Shown one piece after another: positions 29,119 through 42,676 of a stretch of 64,000 bases of DNA (positions are counted from its first letter, which is position 1; every line of letters starts with the position of its first letter). Position numbers and translations under genes: made by a program. Under the pieces are notes generated by a model. It saw only the letters and a list, made by a program, of their open reading frames with translations. It did no database searches and was not told the DNA's origin. This DNA is from Eledone cirrhosa (taxonomy: Eukaryota), in NCBI GenBank assembly GCA_964016885.1, contig OZ024754.1:7626001-7690000 (forward strand), in the 5' to 3' direction.

Positions 29119-29319
29119 TATGTTAACGATATTTGATCTTCGGTTTGAGATTTTAATGAATATAAAAGATCTAATTATAGAACGAACGTATTTTTTGTTA
29201 CATTATATATACATACATTATATATATATATGTGTATGCATGTATGAATATATATATATGTATGTATATAGAATGTATGTATGCATGAGTTCCAGTGGAC
29301 AATTATATAATATGGAACA

Positions 29320-29640
29320 TATCTATCTAAGGCGGGTAAAATTCCCGAGATCCATGGACGAGTTCTCTCCAGCGGTCTCTGTCCCTCATTATCGCTGCCA
29401 TGTCCTGCGTCTCCAACAGACCAGTGTCTGACCTTAGGGCATCAACATACGTCAACCTTGGTCTTCCTCTTCCAGTGTGTCCATGTAGGGGCTCCCGAAG
29501 GAGCACCACTGAGTGCAATGTCAACTCTGGATGTCGGTGAGCATGTCCAGCTAACCTCAGTCTCCTCTGTGTCACTTTTGAGCTGACTTTTGGGATGCTC
29601 CCATACAGCTCTGAGTGTTTTCATCCTCAGTGTATACATA
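29320..29640 (-). mobile_element. RTE-clade LINE 3' fragment
   Basis: ORF 29327-29575(-): RRLRLAGHAHRH...EPLHGHTGRGRPRLTYVDAL..D...DRDRWRELV, a typical RTE C-terminus; ends in TAGATAGAT. Confidence 0.85.
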
Positions 29641-29960
29641 TGGAACAGATGGAACATATGAAACTGATATTTGCTGTGTAGTTAATACTCTATACATAGT
29701 GAGCTTCTCTAAGTTTAATATAAAGACTTTCATGCAATATGATTTCTTTATATCTTTCTTAAATTATTGATCTAGACATTATATTTAAATTCTTGTAGAT
29801 GTAATTCTAGATCAAAGTAATTATTCCTATTGGAAAAATAAGATTTGTTTGTCCACATTTTTTTATGAGAAGATTGAAAAACTGCTTTCTCATAAATATA
29901 CCAAATTTTATTTTACAATAAGTAACAACAAACAAACAACAAACATATTTCATTATAATG

Positions 29961-30148
29961 TGGTGGATTGGCAGTATCGGTAGAGGATCTGACGCCATGC
30001 TTTGCAGCATAGAGTTACGTCTCTTTACAGACTGGGTTCAAATCCCGCCGAGGTTAACTTCGCCTTTCATCCTTACGGGGTCGATAAAATAAAGTACCAG
30101 TAATGCGCTGGGTTAATCGCTGGCTTTGTGCCAAAAGTAGAAACAATT
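29961..30148 (+). mobile_element. Main-family SINE with TSD
   Basis: Family consensus; direct repeat ATTATAATGT. Confidence 0.92.
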
Positions 30149-30519
30149 ATAATGTTTAACAAAGAAAAAATAACTTTTATCACATTTGGAAATTAATTGA
30201 AAAAAAATGTAATATTAATATTGACTTAAGTTGTGTATTGATTAACAGTTATTGACTTATAGAATATTTTGATGGTTTCTGAGTAATGTTGTTTAATCAA
30301 GTAAAGATTATAACCACATTTGTCATTAACAAAATTGATATTATTGATTTTCTATAGATTTTTGTGTCACAAATGACAATGTTCAACTCTGACTGTTGAA
30401 GCATTACTAAACACGTCTTTGTATTCTTCAAACCCGCGGGAGTTTTGTTTATTTTAATATTACAATGCATGATATCATATATCAGTTATGATATCTATAT
30501 TTCCAGAATTAACCTGAAT

Positions 30520-30960
30520 GTGATACTTAAGAGAGAGAGAGAGAGTGATAAGTATGTGATATCTAAGAGGGAGAGAGTGGTGATAAGTATCTGATATCTA
30601 AGAGAGAGAGAGAGAGAGAGTGGTGATAAGTATCTGATATCTAAGAGAGAGAGAGTGGTGATAAGTATCTGATATCTAAGAGAGAGAGAGTGGTGATAAA
30701 TATGTGATATCTATGAAAGAGAGTGGTGATAAGTATGTGATATCTAAGAGAGAGATGGTGATAAGTATGTAATATCGGAGAGAGAGAGGGTGGTGATAAT
30801 TATGTGATATCTAAGAGAGAGAGTAGTAATAATTATCTGATATCGAAGAGAGAGAGAGTGGTGATAATTTTGTGATATCGAAGAGAGTGGTGATAATTAT
30901 TTGATATTGATAGACAAGGGGGAAGTGTGATAAATATGAGAGCGAAGGGTAATAAGTTTA
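30520..30960. repeat. Minisatellite (GA)n-GTGGTGATAAGTAT(C/G)TGATATCTAA
   Basis: About 12 units of 30-40 bp, decaying to the right. Confidence 0.93.
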
Positions 30961-31064
30961 TGATAGAAGGGGTAATAGATGCGTGAGTGTCCGTCCGTGA
31001 AACATATACATATACACCAGGTCTGAACACAAAAGAACTCATCGAAACCAAGTAGGGTCTACAG

Positions 31065-31265
31065 CAGACATGTCAAACATGCGGCCCTTTATAAGAACAC
31101 GTGAGGCTCGCATAAAGGTTTTTACAGCGCGAGCGTAATATAAAATTTAAAAAAATGTTAGTTGTAATGTGCGCAATTAGTTTTCATGTGTGGCCCCCAG
31201 ACAACACATATGTGACCCATGTGGTCCTCGGGGACCCTCGGGAGACGCTCAGTTTGACATGCCTG
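31065..31265. mobile_element. hAT (Charlie-like) MITE
   Basis: TIR CAGACATGTCAAAC / GTTTGACATGCCTG; perfect 8-bp TSD GTCTACAG; subterminal GCGGCCC/GTGGCCC motifs. Confidence 0.9.
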
Positions 31266-31819
31266 GTCTACAGTTAACATCACTGAGACAAACAAATGCT
31301 GTAGATAGAATGTAATTATCTAGAAATTGTTTTAAATCAAGGATTTTATCGCAGTTTACATAACACAGCCCTTTATTATTTGGGCCTCCTTATTCAACTA
31401 ATTCCTTATTCAAGGCATTTGTTTGGAATTTATGAATATTTCATCGAAAGTCAAAATAGTGAAGCCAGAACATCTGTTATTAGAAAATGGATATCTTTAG
31501 GATGTTGATTTATGAGTGATTTATGATATGACCAAAACCAACAAGACTGTATTGTGGGTAATATAAGATCGGTTTTTATTCTCATCAAATTAGTCTCAAT
31601 ACGATTTGAATTGTGAAGGGGGAAATGGGGAATGGGGAGAATATTATTTTTAAACATGGTGATTTAAGTTAAGTGGTAGCTAGACATTGTATAATTGTCA
31701 ATCATGTTTATAAAAAATCGATATATTATTGCAAAATATCTTAAATATTTTATGAAGTATCCTTACCTGACATGAATGAGTCCTTAACAGTGGCCGGTGC
31801 AATATATCATGATTTCATT

Positions 31820-32302
31820 ATAGAGTTACGGCCCTTGCCATTCTGAGTTCAAATCCCACCGAGGTTAACTTTGCCTTTCATCCTTACGGGGTCGATAAAA
31901 TAAAGTACCAGTCACGCACTGGGGTGGATTTAATCGACTTTCCCCTCCACCCCCCCAAATTACTGGCCTTGTGCCTATAGTAGAAACCAATATTATTATT
32001 ATTATTAAATATATTGGTAGTATCGATAGAGGGTCGGACGCCATGCTTTGCAGCAAAGAGTTTCGGCCCTTTATGGTCTGAGTTCAATTCCCGCTAAGGT
32101 TAACTTTGCCTTTCATCCTTACGGGGTCGATAAAATAAAGTACCAGTAATACACTGGGATAAATGCTGGCCTTGTGCCAAAAGTAGAGACAATTATTATT
32201 GTCGAGGTTAACTTTGCCTTTCATCCTTACGGGGTCGATAAAATAAAGTACCAGTAATGTACTGGGTAATTGCTGGCCTTGAGCCAAAAGTAGAAACAAT
32301 TA
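31820..32302 (+). mobile_element. Cluster of three tandem main-family SINE copies
   Basis: ~31820-31990 (variant with GGGGTGGATTTAATCGACT insert), ~32015-32192, ~32203-32302; separated by (ATT)n. Confidence 0.9.
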
Positions 32303-33040
32303 TTATTATTATTATATTGTTCACTAACAGAAACATAGTAACCGCCTCAGAATAGATGTTTAACGAGGAATCTAAAATTAGAACAGCAATTCAGTAATTA
32401 TGAAATTAAATCATTTGTCGTTAGAAATATAAGCAATATTTATATAATGGATTATTTACTGTTATTATAGCGGAAGAATATGATTAACGAGCGGTAGTTT
32501 GGCATGCCTCCACCTCACCACATATATCGCCTACTCCGCCTAATATACACCTGCACATAGAAATATCCTCTAAAGTCTGAATTACTAGGAGCTAATAAAT
32601 CTCTATATAAAGATAGATAAATAGATATATATAGAGATATAGATATATATAGAGAGGGATAGATATATATATAGAGAGATAGATATATCGATAGATATAT
32701 ATAGATATGGATATATTGAGAGAGAGAGATATATAGATAGATATATATGTGGTGTGGTGGTTGGTTGAATATATATATATAGATATAGACATATGTGTGT
32801 TGTATGTGTAAGATATGTGTGTGTGTTGTGTATGTATAAAAATGTTATATATGCACGTGCACTTAGATAGGTAGATAGTTAAATGCACGTGAATTTATAT
32901 ATATATATATATATAAATAAATGTAAGTATGTATGTATACGTACATACACATATGTATACAGACGTACAGTTGTATGTATATATATACATGCATGCACAC
33001 ATATATACATGTACGTATGGGTTTACCGAACACTTATTAT

Positions 33041-33207
33041 AATTGTTTCTACTTTAGGCACAAGGCCAGCAATTACCCAGTGCATTACTGGTACTTTATT
33101 TTATCGACTCCGTAAGGATGAAAGGCAAAGTCAACCTCGGCGGGATTTGAACTCAGATCATAAAGGGACGTAACTATGCTGGAAAGCATGGCGTCCGACC
33201 CTCTACC
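33041..33207 (-). mobile_element. Main-family SINE, 5'-truncated, with TSD
   Basis: Family consensus; direct repeat CTTATTATAAT. Confidence 0.9.
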
Positions 33208-33257
33208 TTATTATAATGTTCGGTTTGTTTGTAAACAAACAGCCCGAATTACGCAGC

Positions 33258-33512
33258 GTAGTGTTCAAAGCAAACATCGTCACCTTTTTGTTCAACACTG
33301 ACACAGGAACGATGTACTAGTTTCAAGCTTATTAGCTATCGTCAGCATCGTATACCTTCCTGTCAGATGATTGAACGTCTGAAAGTATATACTTTCCCTA
33401 TGCATATTAACGGCTGAGCAGCCTAATTTGCAAATCGAGTGAGTTTAGTCGGCCGGGCGTACCTGTGTCAGAGTTGAACACAAAGGCGACGATGGTTGCT
33501 TGAACACTGTGC
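33258..33512. mobile_element. MITE-like element with ~50-bp imperfect inverted repeats
   Basis: AGTGTTCAAAGCAAACATCGTCACCTTTTTGTTCAACACTGACACAGG pairs with CCTGTGTCAGAGTTGAACACAAAGGCGACGATGGTTGCTTGAACACT. Confidence 0.6.
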
Positions 33513-33635
33513 ATGTATGTATATATATATATATATATATATATACATACTACTCTACGTCTGTATACATATATGAATGTACGTATGCATACATCCGTAC
33601 TAAGAGTGAGAAATGATATTTCGTTTCATTCTTTT

Positions 33636-33671
<36 letters not shown>

Positions 33672-33859
33672 CTCATATATTCTAGAGAACATTAACAATA
33701 AGCAGACACCAGTCTATAAACCCCTGTGGTGTACGAAACATTGTTGATTAATGGGTTGATTAATTGAATCAATGTTATTACCGAGGTTGTCTAACTTTAA
33801 TATAAAATGACATTACCTCAAATACTTTCCCCTGTAATTACTAAACTGAAGCAGGTTTT

Positions 33860-34100
33860 ACTGTTTTCTCTTGTACGTATTTATCCTAATTCTGACATAT
33901 AAATCTCTGATATAGAAAATTCAGTTTTCACAAAACATTCCGATCTCAGATTAATTACACAGAACAACATAACTTTGACATCGTTGCTATTTCAGATTTA
34001 AGGATTTCCCCTGAAATTTGAAGAATCAAATATCACAGACATGAATCCTTGGTCATTTGTTGGTTCTAACTCCTAAATTCAATTTGTACCCACGTTTCCA
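33860..34100 (+). pseudogene. Putative degraded LRR segment
   Basis: LVRIYPNSDI*ISDIENSVFTKHSDLRLITQNNITLTSL; LKFEESNITDMNPWSFVGSNS*. Confidence 0.42.
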
Positions 34101-35229
34101 ATAAATCATAAAATGCTAATCGATAAAACATGCCATGGATTGAAATGAATTATATGTTTCAATGGTCAACAGTAATTGCAATGATATATATTATCTCCTG
34201 TATAACCTTTTACATATCAGATATCCATCATAAATCTTCCTTTCATTTGAGGCAGGAATTGTATACCGTTGTTAAAAAAAACTCAGACGAAAGATCCATA
34301 TAAGTTCTACATTATATAATCAACGAGTGCTTGAATATAATTATAAAGGACAAGAGAATAAAGGTAAGTTTGGTCAAACCTTGCTGTCAGGGAGTCCCGT
34401 TGGGCAGCTAAGTTTCTGTTCTTGTGAAGCCTAAAAGAGTAAGAATTATGACGATTATCCTGTTTGCTGCTAGCTTCAAGATGATACTACTACTACTACT
34501 ATTACTACTATACTACTACTACTACTACTAATGATAATGTTTTCATTTATTGGCCACAGGGGTCGCCATATAGGGGACAATACAAAAGACTGGGACAGTG
34601 GGGGTTTACATGTACAACGCGTAAACAATATAAATAACAATAACAAAGTAACAAGAAAAATACAAGAAAAATACCCCAATAATAATAATAATGTGAAAGT
34701 TGAGAACTAAAACAATACCAGTGGTTGCTGCCCATATACTAAGGAAGATTCTGTCAATATAAGTACATCACAAGTCTAAACACCTAAAGATGCATGTGTG
34801 TGTGTATGTAGGTTCTTTGTTGAACATGGCGGACCTTGTTGTCTCTTGAGGTCACTGGTTGTGACTTGGTGATAACTCGTATGAACATAAAGCAAGATAA
34901 ATGAAAAAAATAATTATAATAATACTAATACCACCACTACTACTACTACCACCACTACTACCATTGCTACTGGTGCAGCAACAGCAGTAGCAGCAAAGTG
35001 CTTGAGAAGTTTATTTTGTAATCATTAATTCCTGGTTTCGATTCTACTGCGGGCATCTTCAGCAAGTATCATTTAATGACAGCCACGGATCAACGTATGC
35101 CTAGCTAGTAAAATTGGGTAGATTGAAACTGCTTTGAATTCCGTCCGATGGACTGCCGGGGTAGGCTCCAAACGTCTCACCCCTTAGTATTTAAGCCAGT
35201 TTCTTAGCTCTAATAAGCTTTTCTAAATA

Positions 35230-35417
35230 ATTATTTCTACTTTTGGCACAAGGCCAGCAATCATTCCAGTGTATTACTGGTACTTTATTGTATCGAACCC
35301 GTAAGGATGAAAAGCAAAGTTAACCTCGGCGGGATTTGGACTCAGACGATAAAGGACCGTAACTCATTGCTGCAAAACATGGCGTCCGACCCTCTCCCGA
35401 TACTGCGAATCCACCGC
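35230..35417 (-). mobile_element. Main-family SINE with TSD
   Basis: Family consensus; direct repeat CTTTTCTAAATAAT. Confidence 0.92.
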
Positions 35418-35598
35418 TTTTCTAAATAATCTACTTTTCCGTGTTCCAGAGTTCACATCTTTTGGTACCATTTAGCTAGAGCTTGTATATCCATGATCTC
35501 TCAGGTGACAATAGAATATTCATACTCTTCTTTTAATCTGATATAACTGGAGAGTTCCGGAGAGTTCCTGGAAGAGCTGTTATGGTTATATCTAGGGT

Positions 35599-35633
<35 letters not shown>

Positions 35634-35637
<4 letters not shown>

Positions 35638-35830
35638 GAAGGAAATGTGGTAAGGAACCAGATGGACCATAACGCACCAAAGTACTCAATACTTAGGGTA
35701 GTAGAGTGGGTAATAGGAACAAGTATGACCCCGTCGGAAGAGCTCAAGCCGTTTCGACGGCTATTTCTGAGTCCAGAAATAGCCATCGGAACGGCTTGAG
35801 CTCTGCCGTCGGGGTCATACTTGTTCCTAT
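35634..35830 (-). mobile_element. Fold-back element carrying the 3' half of a hammerhead
   Basis: Palindrome ~35713-35830; arms contain GAAA-CGGC-TTGAGCTCT-(G/T)CCG-TC-GGGGTC (stem III + GUC) but no CUGANGA; ACTC...GAGT tail; (TA)n on both sides. Confidence 0.7.
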
Positions 35831-35831
35831 A

Positions 35832-35883
<52 letters not shown>

Positions 35884-35949
35884 GACCGTCTCTTGTATAG
35901 TTAATAGTGGCCTTATTCTTGCACAGTAGTACATATGTACTATTACCCA

Positions 35950-36247
35950 TACACACTCACACTCTCACTCACACACACTCAAACATACACACGCATTCAC
36001 TCATTCATTCACTCACATACACTCATTCATTCACTCACATACACTCACATACACTCACTGACACTCACTGACACTCACTGACACTCACTCATTCACTCAC
36101 TCATTCACTCACTCACTCACTCTCACACTCTTTCTCTCTCTCACACTCTCTCTCTCGCACTCACTCTCTCTCCCACTCTCTCTCGCACTCACTCTCTCTC
36201 ACACTCACTCTCTCACACTCTCTCTCACACTCTCTCTCTCTCTCACA

Positions 36248-36278
<31 letters not shown>

Positions 36279-36320
36279 TCTCTCTCACACTCACACACAT
36301 ACACACTCATCTCTCTCTCT
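35950..36320. repeat. (CACT)/(CT)n low-complexity tract
   Basis: Direct inspection. Confidence 0.92.
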
Positions 36321-36349
36321 CCATATTTCTGAGCCATATATTGAATAGT

Positions 36350-36673
36350 CTAAAATATGTTCCTTAGAGGTTCTGACATTTGGGCGGCAAAATAACTTTT
36401 ACTGGAGATTAAACCTAAGTCACATAATTCACATGTGGAAGGATGTTACCTTCAAGCCGCTTTTCTAGCATGACATTCTTTACCAAAATCAGTTTTATGC
36501 CATCAAAATAGGTAAATAAAAAGAATCCTTATCTGTCTTACTGCAAAGATTATCTCCAACATCTCAAGTAAATTATGAGAAAATAAACGAAAGAATTTGT
36601 AGATTGTATTCTCCTTCAACATCAGCAATGCCTCTACCAACAGAAGCAGGAATTACTTGACATCTCCCACAAT
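36350..36673 (+). pseudogene. Putative degraded LRR segment
   Basis: SLEVLTFGRQNN / LLEIKPKS; QELLDISHN at 36647-36673 (LxxLDISxN-like). Confidence 0.35.
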
Positions 36674-36674
36674 A

Positions 36675-36945
36675 CCAACCGCACAACCTACCACAGCAAC
36701 CGCACAACCAACGAACCAACCAAACAAACAACCACACCAACCAGCCAACCAGCCACACAATCAACCACACCAATCACACAACCAAACCACACCAACCAAC
36801 AACCAAACCACAAACCCAACCACTCAACAAAACCAAACCACGCAATAAACCACACCAGCCACATGTTAACCAACCAGCCAACCAGCCAACCATCCATCCA
36901 TCCAGCTAGTCAGCCAACCTAGCCTGCCAACCTAGCCTATCAGCT
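36675..36945. repeat. (CCAA)n-like low-complexity tract
   Basis: Direct inspection. Confidence 0.9.
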
Positions 36946-37715
36946 AAAGATTTATCAGAATTTCATTTACAACACTTAACTTTTATTCATGTCATTGTTA
37001 GAGTTTGTATGGTTTCTTTTTTTTTATTCTTTGTTCCCTCTCGTTGTTATGGGTTTTTCTTCTTTTTTTTCTTCTTTTTTTTTCTTTTTTTTCTTTTTTT
37101 CTTTTTTTCTTTTTACATTTTTCTCTCCTGAAAAGAAGATTAGGAAATCGAAAAGTTCTCCGGATTAAAACGATAGCATCTTTTTTCCCTCTCTCTAATG
37201 TGTAAGCTGCAGTTACACGAGATTACATCTCAGCATCCGTTCTCCGTAAAATGTTAAAATAGATGCAATAAAACCTTACGTACGAACATGTGCTTTATTT
37301 TTTTCATATACTTTTATATAGGTCTCTACAAAAGGATAACACACGAAGAGAAATTTTAAGCTGAACGTTTTCTCATGAAGTCTATTGAGTTAAGCTTACC
37401 TCGGAGATGAGATGTGAATTTAACGCTGTTAAATTCTATGATTTTAATAGGAGAAAATAACGTTTCAAAAAAGGAATAACCTTTATTTGCCATCCAACTC
37501 GTACATCCTGTGACTATGGATATCAATGGCATTGAGATATTATTTAATCAACTATTTAACCTCGGAAATCTGTGTCTGATTATTTTTAGGAAGGGCTGCG
37601 TTCATGAATATTTTACATAATGTAAGAAAGGGGTAGAAGAAGAGGAATGCGAGCAAATGCGAGCAGTGGAGTAAACGACTCTGAATGTACCTAAATGCCA
37701 ATTGATATATATATA

Positions 37716-38248
37716 TCGTTTCTGAATTTGTTTAGCAAGATTCTTTATCTGAAAACGTGTGTTGAAACCGATATTGTTATACTTTGGGAGGGTCATGTTG
37801 CCAATAAGAAACACACGTACCAGATGCTTTCACTACAATTTATTATAAATTTCCGGTAGGTTGGTTGGTTCCATAACCGGACGGTTGTTCATATATTGTC
37901 AAAGTTCTTTCGTCACACATTCTGTGACCTCTTCAGTGACTGGGGATTCTTCTCTTTGTTTTGTGCCTCTCCTTTGTTCTGTACTACGCCATATTGGCCA
38001 TCATGGCGTAGGACAGAACAAAGGAGAGGCACAAAACAAAGAGAAGAATCTCCAGTCACTGAAGAGGTCTCAGAATGTGTGACGAAAGAACTTTGACAAT
38101 ATATGAACAACCGTCCGGTTATGGAACCAACCAACACGAAATTTATAAATTCTTAAATTTATAAATTTAATTTATAATAAATTGGAGTGAAAGCAGCTCG
38201 TGCGTGTGTTTCTAATTGGCAACATGACCCTCCCAAAGTATAACGATA
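37716..38248. mobile_element. Large fold-back PLE-like element with a hammerhead in each arm
   Basis: Arms ~37773-37992 and ~38003-38248; GTCA-CTGAAGA-G-GTCACA-GAATG-TGTGAC-GAAA-GAAC-TT-TGAC at 37898-37940(-) and, with one stem II mismatch, 38055-38097(+). Family members at 48458-48846 and 57494-57826, fragment ~51420-51600. Confidence 0.82.
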
Positions 38249-38386
38249 TATATATATATATATATAATTAGAAAGTGAACAACACAAAATATAACTACTC
38301 CATTACCAAAGGTTTCTGGATCCCAGCAAATAATAATATACGTCTGGATCGGTCGTCAGCCGGAGATGTTATCATAACATAACATA

Positions 38387-38452
38387 TCCATCTGACGACC
38401 GATCCAGAAGTATATCATTATTGTCTGGGATCCAGAAACCTTTGGTAATGGA
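38387..38452 (+). ncRNA. Type I hammerhead in fold-back element 38265-38546
   Basis: TCCAT-CTGACGA-CCGATCCAGA...TCTGGGATCCA-GAAA-CC-TTT-GG-TA-ATGGA; GUA triplet; GCTCT...AGAGC hairpin at 38491-38511. Same family as 56525-56755. Confidence 0.8.
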
Positions 38453-38541
38453 GTAGTTATATTTTGTGTTGTTCACTTTCTAATTAAATAGCTCTGTTCT
38501 ATACATAGAGCACTCATTTTTCATTTGGTTTTCTTCGGAAT

Positions 38542-38602
<61 letters not shown>

Positions 38603-38725
38603 CTGAGTTTTTCGAATATCAATAATATTCGATTCGTTTGCAATTATGCAAACAAGCCTCATTTATAAAGCCATGTCAGTAGAATGAGCCACTCATTCTT
38701 GCTCTTGTGTTGGTATGTAAACAGG

Positions 38726-38768
38726 ACTGCAGACACTGTTTCTGGGTATTACCCTTCATCAGTACAGT
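38726..38768 (-). ncRNA. Minimal type I hammerhead
   Basis: ACTGTA-CTGATGA-AGGGTAATACCCA-GAAA-CAGTG-TC-TGCAGT; GUC triplet; inside a (TA)n-bounded segment ~38600-39060. Confidence 0.8.
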
Positions 38769-39145
38769 TCACTGTTCACCTACCAACTGTCAGAGCTAGT
38801 GAAAATATATGATATTTTCTAAAATGTACAGTGAGTGATCGGCTTGATTTGCATATTGGCATAACTGGCTGATCAGTGAATATGGCAAAGCAGGCCATTA
38901 ATCGCTCGTATACAGGAAACTGACTGGCCAGTCTGTTGATATGCAAATCTAGTTGATCAGTGGATCTGCTAATTGGCATTTCAGAAGATCCCGTTAAGGT
39001 GAAAGCAGCGATTCTTTGCTTGAACTTTAATCTGTACTTATAGTAAATATTTGATCTACGGGTTTATATATATATATATATATATAGTTTTAATATAGAT
39101 GAGATTCTACAGGACTAGAACTGTTTCATTCATTAGAAATCATCA

Positions 39146-39198
39146 GGGATTCCTGATGATTTCTAATGAATGAAACAGTTCTAGTCCTGTAGAATCTC
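39146..39198 (+). ncRNA. Type I hammerhead in near-perfect palindrome 39086-39213
   Basis: GGGATTC-CTGATGA-TTTCTAATGAAT-GAAA-CAG-TTCTAGTC-CTG-TA-GAATCTC (cut after 39191); mirror core on the minus strand; TACTC...GAGTA hairpin and tail to ~39280. Confidence 0.82.
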
Positions 39199-39353
39199 AT
39201 CTATATTAAAACTGTTATACTCTGCTATGTATTGAGTACCTTACTTACTGTGGTTACCTCCGATTCAACCCGGAATAACGTATATATATATATATATATA
39301 TATAATCCTTATCGAGCCCTCTTAGGATTTTAGTCTTCACATTTATAATTACC

Positions 39354-39384
<31 letters not shown>

Positions 39385-39387
<3 letters not shown>

Positions 39388-39695
39388 GGTGTTGGATGCT
39401 TAAAGCGTCCGTATGCGGTAGGCCGTATGAGCACTCGATGCCCTCGTAGAGCAGAGTATGATATCACAGAAAAAAGAGAATCAGTGTTGCGACGAAAGGA
39501 ATTTATTGGACATATTACAACTGTTTCTCGGGCGACCAAAGAAAATCTGCTTCGTAGAATCGAGACGTATCCGAGAACCGCGCGATTTCAGAGTCGGGTT
39601 TGATGTCACATCGATCGTGCCTCGAGCTGGTCGTCAGAGAAACAATTGTAATATTCCTTTCGTCGCAACACTGATTCTCTTTTTTCTGTGATATA
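39385..39695 (-). mobile_element. Fold-back element with partial hammerhead
   Basis: Arms ~39461-39538 and ~39628-39694 contain GAAA-CAATTG-TA; CUGANGA not found; TACTC...TCGAGTGCTC tail; (TA)n on both sides. Confidence 0.6.
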
Positions 39696-40999
39696 TATAT
39701 GATTTTATAGATTTAGTGTTTATTTTATCTTGGTTTACTGGTTTTATGAGAAGGTTAAAGAGTGTATGTGTGTTTATTTTGTTGTTAATATGTCTCTTTC
39801 TATTATTATCTCTACTATTGGTATTAGTCTTTGTATTCTTATCTATTGTCTGGTTCTGTAGATTATTATTGTTCTAACTTGTGACTCTCCGAACTCCGCA
39901 CTTTATCGAGTAACGTTACTCCAATGACGCTTCGGAGGAATCGCATTTCGCTTTCGTATTCTCCTGGTAATTACCCAAGATTCATGACCATAACGTTAGG
40001 GTTGGCACAAATACCGAGTTAAAGATAACAAGTTTGACTTGTACGCTTACCTTCCTTCTTCTGATTACTGAATGATGAATCTGGGGCATTACTGCACCGG
40101 CTACTGCAATTCTTGCACTTAATTCAGCCCCTGCAATTCTTGCACTTAATTCAGCCCCTGCCTTTCATCACTCGATAATATGACTCTAGATGGATTTGCA
40201 CTCAGAGCACAGATAGCCGGAATACCGTAAAACATTTTATCCGGCGATCTTACGACTCAACTAAATTTTACCGCTGTTCTTTCGTAATAATACATTCGTG
40301 CATCAAAACGTTTTTCACCACTGACACTTTGTATGCAGACATTTCATTACAAATGGCACCGTTAAGTGATAAATGAATAACGTGTGTGTGTGTGTGTGTG
40401 TGTGTGCGTGTGCGTGTGCGCGCTTGCTTTTAAATATCTAAAATAACTCTTCCAGGTTATATTACATCAATTTTAACGCACGTTTTCAGGCCATGTCATT
40501 TGATAAACAACTACGACTGCGAAATTCAAATTAAATTTTTCGAACTCAAATAATTTAAAGAATTAGAATAACATTCTTTTAATACAGTTAGCCTACATAG
40601 GAACACACCTGCAAATTTATATTATGTTCTCGCTTTAAGTGCTCATATGACAGCGGTCAGTATTTACTGATCTTTAAGTCTTTACAAATAATGTAAATGG
40701 TTTGCTTTGCTCTGCAATTTCAATTCATTTCTATAAACGTCATTTGAAAATTGATAATATTTTAGTTGTATTCTATATATTCTACCCTATATCTAAAACA
40801 TGAAATAACATTGAATTGGAGAAAAACAAATGGAGGCATTCAATTATATTCTTCTTTACTTTGAAACAATTTTACAAATATTCATTCTATTTATATGAAA
40901 GTTAGAATAACTTAGTAGGTATGTCTCAGATTATGCTTATGAATCTTTGCACCTGTTTAGAAGGTTAGTTAAAGTTACTTACCATAAAATAGAAACGTA

Positions 41000-41803
<804 letters not shown>

Positions 41804-42537
41804 TATTGAGAATATATGAAGAAGTTGAACCACAGCTGTAATATAATGAGAAGAAAGTTGGTTTTATTTTATTTTAAAAGAATCCGATAATTAACCTAAC
41901 ATTTCTACATTTATTCTGCAGGTGTCTTCCTTAATAAAGACCTCATCGGAAATTAGTGTAGTAGATATATTTTCCAGTTAGCTTTTGTTATATGAATGGA
42001 CTACATATTTTCAATGAGGTTTTATTGAAGGATTTTAGTTGCTAAATGTGTTTAAAAGATTTGATAACAAAAATATAATATATATATATATATATACTAC
42101 TTAGCCTTTAATAAAATGATTGAGTATTGATACTTTACTTCGGTATTGAGTACACTTTTCTCTTAGCCGTCAACCACATATAGCTATATATATATATATA
42201 TATATTGAGTATATGTTGGTTGTATACCAACACCACAATATGCAGATGGAGCACTCGACGAAGTGCGCAGGTTGGTTTGTTTACTCCGGAGTAATGTAAA
42301 ATAAAATAAAATAAATAAGTCAAATGTTTAAAATATGGCTTCGTTTATTACTGCTATATATATTTCGGTGACAGCCATCTTTGGCTGTGACCGCTTCAGG
42401 CAGTCCGAATTAGTGTGGTAATATGATTCCAGTTCCGCAGTGAAATAACATCACAACCAGGAACTGGGCATATCAGAGTATTGACAAAGTTATACACCTC
42501 AACAACATGTGTACTCGTCTCTACCACACTAATTCGG

Positions 42538-42592
42538 ACTGCCTGAAGAGGTCACAGTCAAAGATGACTGTCACCGAAATATATATAGCAGT
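42538..42592 (+). ncRNA. Type I hammerhead in fold-back element 42203-42645
   Basis: ACTGC-CTGAAGA-GGTCACAGTCA-AAGA-TGACTGTCACC-GAAA-TATATA-TA-GCAGT followed by AATAAA; the opposite arm has a mutated core (CTGAAGC). Same family as 46530-46960. Confidence 0.85.
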
Positions 42593-42643
42593 AATAAACG
42601 AAGCCAAATTTTAAACATTTGACTTATTTATTTTATTTTATTT

Positions 42644-42676
<33 letters not shown>

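Larger units (their letters stand above)
27050..29180 (+). pseudogene. Putative degraded LRR ectodomain interrupted by SINEs
   Basis: SEIEELSLMEN; KYFLILTGNII; HAFDSLPMSMFDVLINVQML (27372-27431); QYLRNISDLFISQ; LRIYDMYFTYIKLP; FEILMNIKDLIIERTYF. Confidence 0.42.

Noticed and set aside
17860-30960. Repeat-spacer-like arrays (17860-18290, 30520-30960, also 8905-9515) as CRISPR
   Set aside because: Spacers are simple repeats rather than unique sequences, there are no cas genes, and the context is eukaryotic.
37861-38137. Near-identical ORFs on opposite strands
   Set aside because: A consequence of the DNA palindrome; no recognisable protein.
41905-42180. Another fold-back ribozyme element
   Set aside because: An imperfect inverted repeat and a GAGTAC tail-like motif exist, but the core is too degenerate to call.
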